A stretch of 63,323 bases of DNA, filler included, from Octopus bimaculoides (taxonomy: Eukaryota): assembly GCF_001194135.2 (NCBI RefSeq). It is 7 parts of 7 records of this genome, joined end to end, with 100 filler letters (N's around TTAATTAATTAA, not from the genome) between each part and the next. Parts side by side here need not be neighbours in the genome. Positions count along the whole stretch, not along the records: positions 16,643 to 34,251 come from NC_068993.1; positions 34,352 to 39,799 come from NC_068985.1; 5 more parts are not named here. One strand, 5' to 3'. Each line of letters opens with the position of its first letter. The stretch's first letter is position 1. Below are positions 23,840 through 36,620 of the stretch, in pieces. The notes below the pieces were generated by a model, which made no database searches, was not told the origin of the DNA, and was given only the letters and a program-made list of their open reading frames with translations. A program made the position numbers and the translations under genes.

Positions 23840-25279
23840 TGAGACAGACGACAGGCAGACAGAAATAAAGTAATGCTACATTTCCATACGTCATTTTAGA
23901 TTAAGACCCATCTAAAACTAAATTTCAAATCGCAATTATCTGTAACCTTAGTGACTCGCAGTTTGAACATCCATTAATGTGTGTAATAACTATTAATTTA
24001 CATTATACATTATTAAAAAATATCACTAAAGGTGTTGGCGAACGAAATTTAGAAAAGCCAATCTGTGCTGTGTCTGTTGACGCAAACACTCTATGACCGC
24101 ATATACAAACAAATGGAACAACATAATCATAACATTGTATAAGATACAAATGGAAATTAGTTAAACACATGATCAAGTACATTAATGTATGACAATATTT
24201 TAAACGTTAGAGGGACGACAATGGCAGTATGATATAATATGTGCTGAACAATAAATGATAACACATTTAGAAATCATATATANNNNNNNNNNNNNNNNNN
24301 NNNNNNNNNNNNNNNNNNNNNNNNNNNNNNNNNNNNNNNNNNNNNNNNNNNNNNNNNNNNNNNNNNNNNNNNNNNNNNNNNNNNNNNNNNNNNNNNNNNN
24401 NNNNNNNNNNNNNNNNNNNNNNNNNNNNNNNNNNNNNNNNNNNNNNNNNNNNNNNNNNNNNNNNNNNNNNNNNNNNNNNNNNNNNNNNNNNNNNNNNNNN
24501 NNNNNNNNNNNNNNNNNNNNNNNNNNNNNNNNNNNNNNNNNNNNNNNNNNNNNNNNNNNNNNNNNNNNNNNNNNNNNNNNNNNNNNNNNNNNNNNNNNNN
24601 NNNNNNNNNNNNNNNNNNNNNNNNNNNNNNNNNNNNNNNNNNNNNNNNNNNNNNNNNNNNNNNNNNNNNNNNNNNNNNNNNNNNNNNNNNNNNNNNNNNN
24701 NNNNNNNNNNNNNNNNNNNNNNNNNNNNNNNNNNNNNNNNNNNNNNNNNNNNNNNNNNNNNNNNNNNNNNNNNNNNNNNGCTCAAGATCATCGGTTTTGA
24801 CGGCAAGGAGTTTTGACGGCACCGTCTACGCCAGTAGTTGATTCCAGCTTACTTTAAATCATACAAAGCTGGAAGACAATTTTGACCAAGACCTTGTATT
24901 TTTCAAGCAACAAATTTCAATTTACCATCAACTGCTTGGAAGTTAAACCTGCGACGCATCGGTCTCCCATTGTTCCAATCGCAGTCACTAATACAGTTTA
25001 AGTTCCAGTCTTGTGAGTCTTATGTTCATGTCATAAATGAAAGTGGATGAAAAAAAAATAAAACGGCACGGAGGCGATCAGCTCTCAGATCGAAAACGGT
25101 CAATCCGTTAGGTTTCATATTTTGGTACAAATCCAGCAATTTTAGTGGAAGGGATAATTCGATTATATGAATTCCTGTACCCCAAGATTAAATAAAACAA
25201 ATCAACCTCGGTAGCATTTGAACACAGGACGTAACATCGGTAGAAATACCGCTGCTCATTTTTCTTTTGAATGTACTTT

Positions 25280-25472
25280 TCCGCTCAAGGCAAAAGGCCC
25301 GAGAATTTGGGGGAGGGGGCAACCTCAGTACGCACTGGTACTTAATTTATCAACCTCGAAATGATGAAAGGCAAAGTCGACCTTGGCGGAATCTGAACTC
25401 AGAACGTATATACAGACACAATACCGCTAAGCATTTCGCCTGGTATGCTGAATTTTCTATCAGCTGACCGCC
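25280..25472 (-). mobile_element. Meta-like core SINE
   Basis: Same core as 19908-20120 (GATGAAAGGCAAAGTCGACC on the plus strand). Confidence 0.85.
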
Positions 25473-25887
25473 ATTTTTCTTTCATATATTAATATACAGA
25501 GTAAGACACAATCAAGAAAATCTCTAATAAAATGTATTTCAGTATATAGCATCATATCTTTATAATTTGACATAAAGTAGTCTGCAGTTGGACTGTATTT
25601 TCCCACTCGTCTTACCTTAATAATTTCATAGTTTTTTCATAATTGTATTTAGTATAATGATATTTAGTATAATTGTATTCCAATATATCATTAAGTGGAG
25701 TTACATTGTCTTCGTATATTTCTTTATGTAATTTGAAAGGATAATGACGATAAGCTTTCAAGAACAACATAATTGAGAGGAATTAAATTTTTTTATTCTT
25801 TGTGTAGAAATGTTGCATGTTCATTGATAATGAGAACATATTGTGATGAGACCACATTTCTAGAAGGGAATAATTTGTTCTAGTTAA

Positions 25888-26065
25888 GGAGAGGAGATGG
25901 CAGAATCATTTGCCCGTTCTGACTTCAAATTCCGCTGAGATCGATTCTGCTTTTCATTCTTTCGTGGTCAATAACATAAGTGCCAGTTGAACATTGGAGC
26001 CGATATAATCGACTTTCAACCTTCGTCGAACTTGTTGGCTTCTGCCAAAATTTGAAACCAATTAT
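25888..26065 (+). mobile_element. Meta-like core SINE, diverged
   Basis: TTCAAATTCCGCTGAGATCGATTCTGCTTTTCATTCTTTCGTGGTCAATAACATAAGTGCCAG. Confidence 0.75.
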
Positions 26066-26114
26066 TTATATCAGAAAATAATTATCGTCTTAGGAAGACA
26101 CATGTATATATATA

Positions 26115-26283
26115 CACGCTGGGATCCTTTCAGCTTCTGTCTACCAAATAAACTCACATAGCTTTAGTCGGTCCGAGTGTTTACAGTTCAAGGCACTTTC
26201 TCAATGTTACACACTTTGTAACTGAACCTGGAACCATGTGATTCGAAAGCAATCTCCTTACCTCACAGCCGCACCTGCGCCTG
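26115..26283 (-). mobile_element. Family K SINE head, diverged
   Basis: TTTCAGCTTCTGTCTACCAAATAAACTCACA...CTCACAGCCGCACCTGCGCC. Confidence 0.75.
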
Positions 26284-26345
26284 AAATGTATGAGATATTT
26301 ACAACACCTAGGGTTCCCAAACGGTCACCCAACTAAGAACTAACT

Positions 26346-26397
26346 ACAGTTCTATATTTAAGAGATGAGGAATCATGTACATTATTTAAATAATGTA
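26346..26397. mobile_element. Collapsed remnant of the ACAGTTCTATATT hammerhead-tail family
   Basis: Same terminus as 13636 and 33400, followed by the perfect 20-bp palindrome TACATTATTT/AAATAATGTA (26378-26397). Confidence 0.6.
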
Positions 26398-26504
26398 AAA
26401 ACTAACTAGACTCGACATTGCTTAACTTCAGTGATTGGACCAGAAACGATGCATTCAACGTGATATGGCCATATGCATGCAATACTTATATTATATCGTC
26501 TGTC

Positions 26505-26880
26505 TTTTATGTTCAAATTCTGCCGAGGTCAATTTGCTTTTCATTCTTTCGGGGTTGATAAATTAAGTACCAGTTGAATACTGCGGCCAATCTAATCGAT
26601 TGGATCCCTCCCCCAAAATTGCGGGCCTTGTGTCTAGAGTAGAAAAGATTATTTGTAAAATAGGGAGCTGGCAGAAACATTAGCACACCGGGCAAAATTG
26701 TTAGCGGCATTTCATCCGTCTTGCCGTACTGAGTTCAAATGCCGTCGGTGTTGACTTTGCCTCTCAGCCTCTCGGCGTCGATAAAACAAGTATCAGCTAT
26801 ACACTGAGGTCAACATAATCGATGTCTCCGCATTGCAGAACTTCCTGGCCACGTACCAATTTATGAAACAAATATATATT
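26505..26880 (+). mobile_element. Two adjacent Meta-like core SINEs (26505-26645 partial; 26660-26880)
   Basis: GTTCAAATTCTGCCGAGGTCAATTTGCTTTTCATTCTTTCGGGGTTGATAAATTAAGTACCAG, then GGGAGCTGGCAGAAACATTAGCAC...GAGTTCAAATGCCG. Confidence 0.85.
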
Positions 26881-29800
26881 ATTGTGTACCCACTTTTTTC
26901 GTAGCATTACTGTTAACAAATTGTAGCATAAAAATCACGTAACTGAAATTTCAACAAGACTCCGTAACACTTTCCACCCCGTATAAATTAATTAAAATCA
27001 TTCGATATGCCAGTTCCTACATGACGCGCATAACAGCATCATCAACACCATTTGATAACGAGGGAAGAGGACAGATTAAAAATAAGCAAAAATAGGGAGA
27101 AGGAGAAAGGGTAAAGAGTAAAAGGCAGAAACTCGAAGCAGTAAACTTTTTGCAAATATTTCACACCTTACAACAACAGGAGTGGTGGCGTTAGCTACAA
27201 ACAAATCAAAAACCAAGTTGCAAAAAATGGAGACAATTAATCTGAATTTTATCTAAAATCTATCAATTTATTTTAAATCACACACACTCAAAAACACACA
27301 CACATGTACACACATGCACATGCACATACACACATATGTATATATAGTAATGACATTACTTTTTTGGAAAGAAGTATCATTTTCAATTATACAGGATTTC
27401 TTATAGACGTCATGCGATTTCACATGGACTTTTCTCTGTCCGCAATATTGCTTTTCTCATCGTTGTATTGTTACATTATTTTAATAATTCACTTTCAATG
27501 TCAGAGGCTAATTTGTTTCCTTTCCGGCTTAAGTAAACATAAACAAAATGTTTGCACATGTGTCAAATATTTCTTGGTGGCCTCGCATGTAAATGTGTGT
27601 TTAACACCTCTATACTTCTCGAAGCATTTTAGCACAGAAAACTGCATGTGTTCAAGGAAACTAATTTGATTCAGCAGTGAATAATCGAGTAATTTTCCTG
27701 AGGCTTGTGTTGTTAAGATGTTGAATTATATCAAAATATGTTCAAGACGCTTTTCAGGTGGTTCAAAGTAAATGCAAACTAAATTTGTAGGCACAAAATG
27801 AATATAATTAAATCATCAAGACTAAAACAATTACCTATAACTAATGACATGCATGATTCCGGCCAACTATGTAAACACTAAGTCGTCAGTTCCATCAAAG
27901 ATCAAAAATATCAACCCTGTTTTAACGTTTTTTAGAAGCAGTTAAGGCCTATTCTAACGGCCATTTGACAGCATTGAACCCACAGCCGCCTCGAATGTTT
28001 TGGCAACTTAGTTTATTTTCGGCTATATAATTCATGTCTTAACATTACTAAAATGATAGTTTCATTTCGCTAGCTTTCTAGCAAATCTAAGCACCGTAGA
28101 TGTCAGCTCTATAACCGTTGTGTAGTTTCAAACCAGCTCTTGCTCTTAGGACTAACCTTTTAATTGAAGGTTTCGAGCAATGATCATCGCGTGCATTTTG
28201 TTTATTGACATAGCATATCTAGGATTTAATTATTTTGTTTAGCCTTAGAGTGTTATTTGTTGGCAATTTGGCAATCCCGTCATTCTTTTGTTTTTATTTT
28301 AAGGAAAAGAGATCGTGCGTCAATGGTTTGTAAAGCATCCAGTTATGGAGGACACACATAATATCGGACAGGGTTAAATTGCTGTTATCCAATGCGAATC
28401 AAATCAAACACAGTTGCTCCAATTCAAGTTATACATTACGTTACTGTATACGCAAAAAACACAAAAATCGTTGTTAAATAAAATGTAATTCTTCAGAGAT
28501 TTAATTTTCTATTAAATCTCAAATGATTTATCGGACAAGAAGAAAAACGAAATAGATGTTCGATATTTAAGAAACATAAGCTAAAATACATACGAAAACA
28601 CACACACACACACACTCATGTATACCTGTATATATGTTTGCATGAATATATGAATATATGTACGGATGCATATATGCGAGTGTGTATGTAAATGTGTGTG
28701 TCTGTATATTTATTTTTTCATAAGCAACGGAATTATCTTACAGTTTTCTCCAAGATCAGATATTTGTAAATATATTTCCCCACATTTTTTTAATATCATT
28801 TTTTATATTCTGAAATTTAATCAACGTATCTGACAGCTTTAAAGTTGGTTAATTAATTTAAGTTTGAGTAGCTAACTCAATATCTTCTATTGTTTTTAGC
28901 TTTGTCAAGGCCGACAGGATTTATGAGTGCTCTATTTGTAGAGAAAGGCGAAACAAATTATACGACTGTTTTCACTTTACATAAATATCATGTCATCGTA
29001 GTAACAAACAAACAATTTCCATCTGAGTGTGCATATAGGTATGTAAATGTGTATGTGTGTATNNNNNNNNNNNNNNNNNNNNNNNNNNNNNNNNNNNNNN
29101 NNNNNNNNNNNNNNNNNNNNNNNNNNNNNNNNNNNNNNNNNNNNNNNNNNNNNNNNNNNNNNNNNNNNNNNNNNNNNNNNNNNNNNNNNNNNNNNNNNNN
29201 NNNNNNNNNNNNNNNNNNNNNNNNNNNNNNNNNNNNNNNNNNNNNNNNNNNNNNNNNNNNNNNNNNNNNNNNNNNNNNNNNNNNNNNNNNNNNNNNNNNN
29301 NNNNNNNNNNNNNNNNNNNNNNNNNNNNNNNNNNNNNNNNNNNNNNNNNNNNNNNNNNNNNNNNNNNNNNNNNNNNNNNNNNNNNNNNNNNNNNNNNNNN
29401 NNNNNNNNNNNNNNNNNNNNNNNNNNNNNNNNNNNNNNNNNNNNNNNNNNNNNNNNNNNNNNNNNNNNNNNNNNNNNNNNNNNNNNNNNNNNNNNNNNNN
29501 NNNNNNNNNNNNNNNNNNNNNNNNNNNNNNNNNNNNNNNNNNNNNNNNNNNNNNNNNNNNNNNNNNNNNNNNNNNNNNNNNNNNNNNNNNNNNNNNNNNN
29601 NNNNNNNNNNNNNNNNNNNNNNNNNNNNNNNNNNNNNNNNNNNNNNNNNNNNNNNNNNNNNNNNNNNNNNNNNNNNNNNNNNNNNNNNNNNNNNNNNNNN
29701 NNNNNNNNNNNNNNNNNNNNNNNNNNNNNNNNNNNNNNNNNNNNNNNNNNNNNNNNNNNNNNNNNNNNNNNNNNNNNNNNNNNNNNNNNNNNNNNNNNNN

Positions 29801-31127
29801 NNNNNNNNNNNNNNNNNNNNNNNNNNNNNNNNNNNNNNNNNNNNNNNNATATATATAATAGTAATAATAATAATAATAATAATAATATAGGCATCAAGAA
29901 AAACACTCTTAGCAGCTTACATTTGACTCAGCTGAACATCCAAGATGTGACAGATAACAAGACCGTGAAAGCCTCAACAGCAGCTGCTACTACACATAAC
30001 ATCTGGTTAGTCTGAAGAATCGGGAATGAAGTGATTTATTCCAACACGCATTCTGCCATTACTTTCAGCATGAACACTAGATCTTATAATCATGGAGTGG
30101 ATACAGCAGTAAAAATTAAGACACACTCATTCATCCGAATAATACTTGCTGAAATATATACATACGTTTGTCGAAGCAACTATAAACTATAACAGACTGC
30201 ATGAACTCCAGGTTCTAAGAATCGCACGTCTCTTTCGCGCACTTGTTTCGAAACGTATACAGCTTAGCCACGGTGAGACCACTAGCATGCAATAGACAGA
30301 AGAGCTGAAGTTTCAAATGCTTCTATTGGTTTTGCTTAGTGTCAAAATGAAAGTAGTGTTATGGTGTCCTTAAGCCACTGCATTGCTACACAGTAGATTT
30401 TCTGGAGATTACTGTGGTCTATGGCGTCATAAATATGATCAATAAACGGATAATATTACTCTGAATATAGTTAATGTAGAATTCTAAATAGAGAATTAAT
30501 TTCCTCATCACGGCCCATAAACATCATCCGTTATTTTGGCTTACAGCTGCATACATCCTTGCTTAAAGGCGATATCTTGTCGATTAGATAATTTAGATTC
30601 TGATGAACGTCTAGCATGGTTGAACATATCATATAGATACAGGATAATGATCATAATTCTTCCCAACTCTCTGTTATATTTATGTCTATACTAAAACGAT
30701 CTCGTATCCGTTGGGTTGTGAAGCTTAGCCCCACATCATCTTTAAATATATACTCTTCACCTATATAGGATATAGTGTCTGACGCTCCCCAAGCTGTAGC
30801 GTAAACAGAAGTTAATTTTATTTTCATAGCCTTCAAACTTATATAATTCCCATTGTACGTATATTCTTCCATCAGGTATTAATCAGAAATTCAGGTTGAA
30901 TATAAATAATACATCACTTTACTTGTGTGAGACGCTTCCTTGTTTGAGAATCCCATATGCCTAAAAGCAAATTGTGTTAGATTATAATAAGAACATTAAT
31001 CTTGAGAATCCGCTCAGGAGCATTTCAATTTTTCTATAGCCGAATTCCTTGAATATGTTATCAATAAAATTTATGATATACGCCTTTATATTATGAAAAC
31101 CCTGTATGTAATCACTGAAATGTTTTT

Positions 31128-31514
31128 GTTGGTGTTGGCACTCCGTCGCTTACGACGTCGAGGGTTCCAGTTGAGCCGATCAACGGAACAGCCTGCTCGT
31201 GAAATTAACGTGCAAGTGCCTGAGCACTCCACAGACACATGTACCTTTAACGTAGTTCTCGGGGATATTCAACGTGACACAGAGTGTAACAAAGCTGATC
31301 CTTTGAAATACAGGTAAAACAGAAACAGGAAGAAAGAGTAAGAGAAAGTTGTGGTGGAAGAGTACATCAGGGTTCGCCACCATCCCCTACCGGAACCTCG
31401 TGGTGCTTGTTTAGGTGTTTTCGCTCAATACACACTCACAACGCCCGGTCTGACAATCGAAACCGCGATCCTATGACCGCGAGTCCGCTGCCCTAACCAC
31501 TGGGCCATTGCGCC
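31128..31514 (-). mobile_element. tRNA-derived SINE, head A + tail X
   Basis: Minus-strand head GGCGCAATGGCCCAGTGGTTAGGGCAGCGGACTCGCGG...GTTTCGATT. The tail ends CGTCGTAAGCGACGGAGTGCCAACACCAAC. Confidence 0.9.
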
Positions 31515-32424
31515 TCCACCCACTGAAATGTATTCTATTATTATTTAGACAGTGGTAAGATGGCACAAATCTTAGAAATTCGGCAAAATGCCTTGCTGTT
31601 TTTGTTACGGCCTTTACATTCTTATTTCTAATCCTGCCAAATATTGTGTTTGTCTTTCATCCCTCCAGCTTTAAACAAATACAGTAGTAGTCAACTAATA
31701 CGGACAACATGTACTAATAAGTTCCTATCTTCATAAACGTTACTTTTTTGTACCTAAAACACACAATTAATTCGATAAATTGCATATTTTTATTTACAAA
31801 TTACTTGATATGTTAATCTTTGCAATCCCCAACACAATGCCGTTTACCTTGAAAGTAGTGCTCGAATACAAAAGTCTTATTGATAGCCAATAACTCTCCA
31901 GTCATGGGACTTGGTACTATCATTAATGATTTCGAAATCTCTATGTGGAGTAACTCATTGCTATACGTTAATACACGATACCATTAAGATAGTTGCAATT
32001 TTATTGTGCAAAGTGATAATAAATGTCAAAAGAATAGTCAACATTAAATATTCACAAATAGTTGGAAACAACGTATATGAAGATGTATGCAGATTTAGAA
32101 TTTGAAACTTTAGATTGTTAAATAGTTTTCAAATTTTAATATTTAATGAGAAATCAATATTTAATGAAGTATATAATTGCAATGCTAGACAACAATTATA
32201 ATATATTGCACACGTTAACTATTAGAAGTGAAAATTATTTACTAAACATAATACACTGGTAACAATGAAAGGCTGATAAATTTCTCATTTGGTGGCAGAA
32301 TGGTTTGTTCAGAGATATGATGATGCTGAAGGCAATATGAGCAACGATATCTCCGCTACAACAATAACTGGCACTGGCAGTGGGGATGTGATAGGAAGAT
32401 ATTCATCTACAATGACTGGAAGTC

Positions 32425-32706
32425 TGTTGGTTACGGCGACGCGGGTTCCAGTTGATCGGATCAACGCAAGATCTTGCTGGTGGAATGAATGTCGAAGTGA
32501 CTAAATACTCTGCAGTCACGTGTATCCTTAACGTAGTTCTCAGGGAGAGACAAAACTGGTCATTTGAAATACAGAAACTACTCATTTTTGCTAGCTGAGT
32601 GGACTGGAGTAATGTATGATAAAGTGTCTTGCTGAAGGACACAACGCGCTTCAGGTATCAAATTCGTTACCATACGATCGCAAGCCAAGTAACCTAACCA
32701 CACGCG
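32425..32706 (-). mobile_element. tRNA-derived SINE, head B + tail X
   Basis: Shares CTCCAGTCCACTCAGCT.GCAAAAATGAGTA with 34892-35136, and shares TACGTTAAGG.TACACGTG...AACTGGAACCC with 31128-31514. Confidence 0.8.
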
Positions 32707-33240
32707 ACGATTTGAAAGTCCAAAAAGAGTGGCTTCCCGTACTTGTAAAGAGAGGGAGCAAATGCGGGGCTAAATAAGAATGACAGACTTTTCCAGAAAG
32801 AACAAAGAACCCACAAATGAATGACGATCTAAAGTCTATAAAATGAGGGAAATAAGGTTAACCCCCTTTTTTAAGGGAAAAAATTCCCGGTGATTACGGA
32901 AATTATCTCCTGCGTATGAGACTCCGTTTATTGGGAAGTCAATCACCTTTCCGTTAAACAATATACGTTTTCTATTGTGAACAGAGAACCTATTTCCTCT
33001 AAACAGAAATTATCTCCTCGCAAATTTAAATGGTTTTAACTGTCCCACGCAGTATCAGGCACTTTTTTGCTAGTGGATATACATATGTATACATATATGT
33101 TCGATGATGATCCAGACCAAACGCTGATCATGAAAAAAGATGGCACGAAGTAATAAAGTCCTTCAAGACTGTTTACGATATGTTATTTTCTCAGTAACCA
33201 CAGTCGTGGCCAAAAATTCAGAACCTATTTTCTAATATTA

Positions 33241-33320
33241 TTTACAGTATTTACATTTGATGGATATTTGCCCTCATCTTGTATGTCGTTAGCATAACGT
33301 TTCGGCCTTCCAGCCTTCAT
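33241..33320 (-). mobile_element. Fragment of the hammerhead-tail family
   Basis: Minus strand reads ATGAAGGCTGGAAGGCCGAAACGTTATGCTAACGACATACAAGATGAGGGCAAATATCC. It is truncated within the CTGATGA core. Confidence 0.7.
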
Positions 33321-33399
33321 TTTACGAGCTAGTTTGTGATGGAGTTCCTCGATCTGTCTGCATCGAAGTCTAATGTCGGTTCCGTACCGATTAGATAAT

Positions 33400-33592
33400 A
33401 CAGTTCTATATTCAAGAGATGCGGAATTATGTACATTATTTACATTTGACGGATATTTATGTTTGTTGTTAACACAACGTTTCGGGTAGAATGTATATCA
33501 ACCGAAACGTTGTGTTAACGACAAACAAAATGAGGACACATATCCGTCAAATTTAAATAATGTACATAATTCCTCATCTCTTAAATATAGAA
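33400..33592. mobile_element. About 190-bp palindrome made of two inverted copies of the hammerhead-family tail
   Basis: Left arm 33404-33485, right arm 33502-33592, with a 16-nt spacer. Both arms include CCGAAACGTTGTGTTAAC. Confidence 0.85.
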
Positions 33593-34371
33593 TCTATTTT
33601 CGTATACTATTTTCTATTAATTAAATTAAGTAATTTGGTCTAATTTTTGAAATCTTCCCGCGCGTCTTAATGTTCAACGTGTAGGCTCACGATAATGACG
33701 TTACACTTTCGATTCATTCGGCTGGCGGCGCAATGCATCAATAAGTCCTTCTGTAGGAGACAAAGTGTACGACAGGTTGAACTTCAGAATCTATATAGGT
33801 GTCCATTTCTTTGCATACAAATGTTATTGGCTGCCGTTGTCAGGATAATATTACATATAATATCATGACCAGTGTTGCATGAAATTTTAACACATTTTAA
33901 AATTCATAAGTGAAAATACTACAATTTCCCATTTGACTAGGACATTAAAAATCACAAAACAACCTATTTATTATGAAAAGAAAAAAATAATCTTTGATAA
34001 AACATGACGAAATTTGTTGATAAAATACTTCAAGTTATGTATTTTAATTGATATCATGGTCGAATATTACCAATGTATACATGTGTAGACATAAGTACAT
34101 ACAAAAATATATATTTCCCAGTGTTTGGGAGCGGAAATATTACATGCCTACATACATACATACATACATACATACATACAGACAGACATAAGTACATACT
34201 TACATACATACAGACATATATATAAAGATGTATGTGTATATATATATATATNNNNNNNNNNNNNNNNNNNNNNNNNNNNNNNNNNNNNNNNNNNNTTAAT
34301 TAATTAANNNNNNNNNNNNNNNNNNNNNNNNNNNNNNNNNNNNNNNNNNNNTGTGTGTGTGTGTGTGTGTA

Positions 34372-34620
34372 GGCGCAATGGCCCAGTGGTTAGGGCAGCG
34401 GACTCGCGCTCGGAAGATTGCGGTTTCGAGTCCCAGACCGGGCGTTGTGTGTGTTTTTTGAGCGAAAACACTTTCGCCCCAACTTTCTCTCACTCTTTCT
34501 TCCTGTTCCTTGAGTAATGCTGCGATGGACTGGTGTCCCGTCCAGCTGGTGGAGAACACATACGCCATAGAAACCGGGAAACCGGCCCATGAGCATGGCT
34601 AGGCTTTAAAAAGGCGCATA
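34372..34620 (+). mobile_element. tRNA-derived SINE, head A + tail Y
   Basis: Head matches 31420-31514 (reverse complement). The tail CTGCGATGGACTGG.GTCCCGTCCAG...GGCTAGGCTTTAAAA.GGCGC matches 35035-35136. Confidence 0.9.
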
Positions 34621-34764
34621 AATAAAATTGATAAAATAACCAGCTGATATCAAGGTTGCATTAATTGACTGTTCTACATCCAAAATATGTAGCTATACTT
34701 TTGTTTAAAGTACCAGATTGATAGGGAGTAAGAAAATTTGCAATAAGTCGATTATATCACTCCA

Positions 34765-34880
34765 GTGTCAACTGGCACCCATTTTTACCGATCTCGAAAG
34801 GATGAATGGCAAAGTTAACCTTGAACGGATTTGAACACAGAATCGGAGTAAATGCCAGAAAGCATTTTATCCTATGTACT
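34765..34880 (-). mobile_element. Meta-like core SINE fragment
   Basis: CGATCTCGAAAGGATGAATGGCAAAGTTAACC...ATTTGAAC. Confidence 0.7.
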
Positions 34881-34891
34881 CGCGTATTTGT

Positions 34892-35136
34892 GGAGGCACG
34901 TGGCTTAATGGTTAGGTTGTCAACATCATGATCGTAAGATTGTGGTTTCGATCCCTGGACCGAGCGACACGTTTTGTTCTTGAGCAAAACACTTCATTTC
35001 ACGTTGCTCCAGTCCACTCAGCTGGCAAAAATGAGTAACGCTACGATGGACTGGCGTCCCGTCCAGTTGGGGAACACATTCGCCATTGAAACCGGGAAAC
35101 TGGGCCCATGAGCCTGGCTAGGCTTTAAAAGGGCGC
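34892..35136 (+). mobile_element. tRNA-derived SINE, head B + tail Y
   Basis: Box A TGGCTTAATGG and box B GTTTCGATCC. Tail shared with 34513-34620. Confidence 0.88.
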
Positions 35137-35674
35137 GTTTATTTTTTATTTTTACTCGCATATTTATTGTTTGTAGCTTATTTCTGTTAGTTTATTTTTG
35201 TTTCATTTATGCAAATTATCATGGCCATACCTGTGTTCTACTCTTTATTATCTATAATTCTAAGTCCCTTAACTACTGGACTGTTATCTGCTATCAAAAT
35301 CAGTGTGGAAAGAGCCGAAACTATATATAGCGAGACATTACGACTGCTCTCTAAAAATCTGACCAATTTCTTCATCAATGTTTGTTTTCTCTTATAAATT
35401 CAGCGATACAATTTTGCTTCCTAGTTTCAACAATTATTATTTAACTGGTTGTACTCCTCAGGCAGCGGCCATGTTGAAGTACCATCTTCAGAATTTTTCG
35501 TTTTTTTTTTTTTGTCGATGATGTTAATCCTAATATTTTTCTTGTTATGTATTTCATCATTTTCCGTTTATCAAAATGTTAAGTCTTCCCTCAACGTAAA
35601 GTAATTAACACAGAATAATTATCTACATGGATTCGTTTTGTTCGAGGCACCGATTTATCAGCACCGTCTTTCAG

Positions 35675-35719
<45 letters not shown>

Positions 35720-36395
35720 CNNNNNNNNNNNNNNNNNNNNNNNNNNNNNNNNNNNNNNNNNNNNNNNNNNNNNNNNNNNNNNNNNNNNNNNNNNNNNNNN
35801 NNNNNNNNNNNNNNNNNNNNNNNNNNNNNNNNNNNNNNNNNNNNNNNNNNNNNNNNNNNNNNNNNNNNNNNNNNNNNNNNNNNNNNNNNNNNNNNNNNNN
35901 NNNNNNNNNNNNNNNNNNNNNNNNNNNNNNNNNNNNNNNNNNNNNNNNNNNNNNNNNNNNNNNNNNNNNNNNNNNNNNNNNNNNNNNNNNNNNNNNNNNN
36001 NNNNNNNNNNNNNNNNNNNNNNNNNNNNNNNNNNNNNNNNNNNNNNNNNNNNNNNNNNNNNNNNNNNNNNNNNNNNNNNNNNNNNNNNNNNNNNNNNNNN
36101 NNNNNNNNNNNNNNNNNNNNNNNNNNNNNNNNNNNNNNNNNNNNNNNNNNNNNNNNNNNNNNNNNNNNNNNNNNNNNNNNNNNNNNNNNNNNNNNNNNNN
36201 NNNNNNNNNNNNNNNNNNNNNNNNNNNNNNNNNNNNNNNNNNNNNNNNNNNNNNNNNNNNNNNNNNNNNNNNNNNNNNNNNNNNNNNNNNNNNNNNNNNN
36301 NNNNNNNNNNNNNNNNNNNNNNNNNNNNNNNNNNNNNNNNNNNNNNNNNNNNNNNNNNNNNNNNNNNNNNNNNNNNNNNNNNNNNNNNNNNNNNN

Positions 36396-36437
<42 letters not shown>

Positions 36438-36479
36438 ATATGATGTCCCTACACAATGTATATATATATCTACGATGGC

Positions 36480-36620
36480 CTTACACAATGTCTACCAAAT
36501 TTTGCTCACAGAGTACTTTTTGACCCAATACTTGCCTAAGATTACGCGCTGTGGAATCGAACATAGAATCATGTGTTTGCGAAGCGAACCTTTTAACTAC
36601 ACAGCTATTCACGTGCATAA
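36480..36620 (-). mobile_element. Degenerate family K SINE head
   Basis: TCTACCAAATTTTGCTCACA...ACTTGCCTAAG...GGAATCGAAC...ACACAGC. Confidence 0.55.

Noticed and set aside
30598-30630. Isolated CTGATGA
   Set aside because: No downstream stem II/GAAA or cleavage-site geometry.
33201-33225. Tc1-like TIR fragment CAGTCGTGGCCAAAAATT
   Set aside because: No flanking TA, no partner TIR and no transposase; too short to support.
33712-33771. Possible 60-bp minus-strand exon (KDLLMHCAASRMNRKCNVII) between an acceptor and GTGAGC
   Set aside because: Splice-like motifs of this quality occur by chance, and the peptide is not recognisable.
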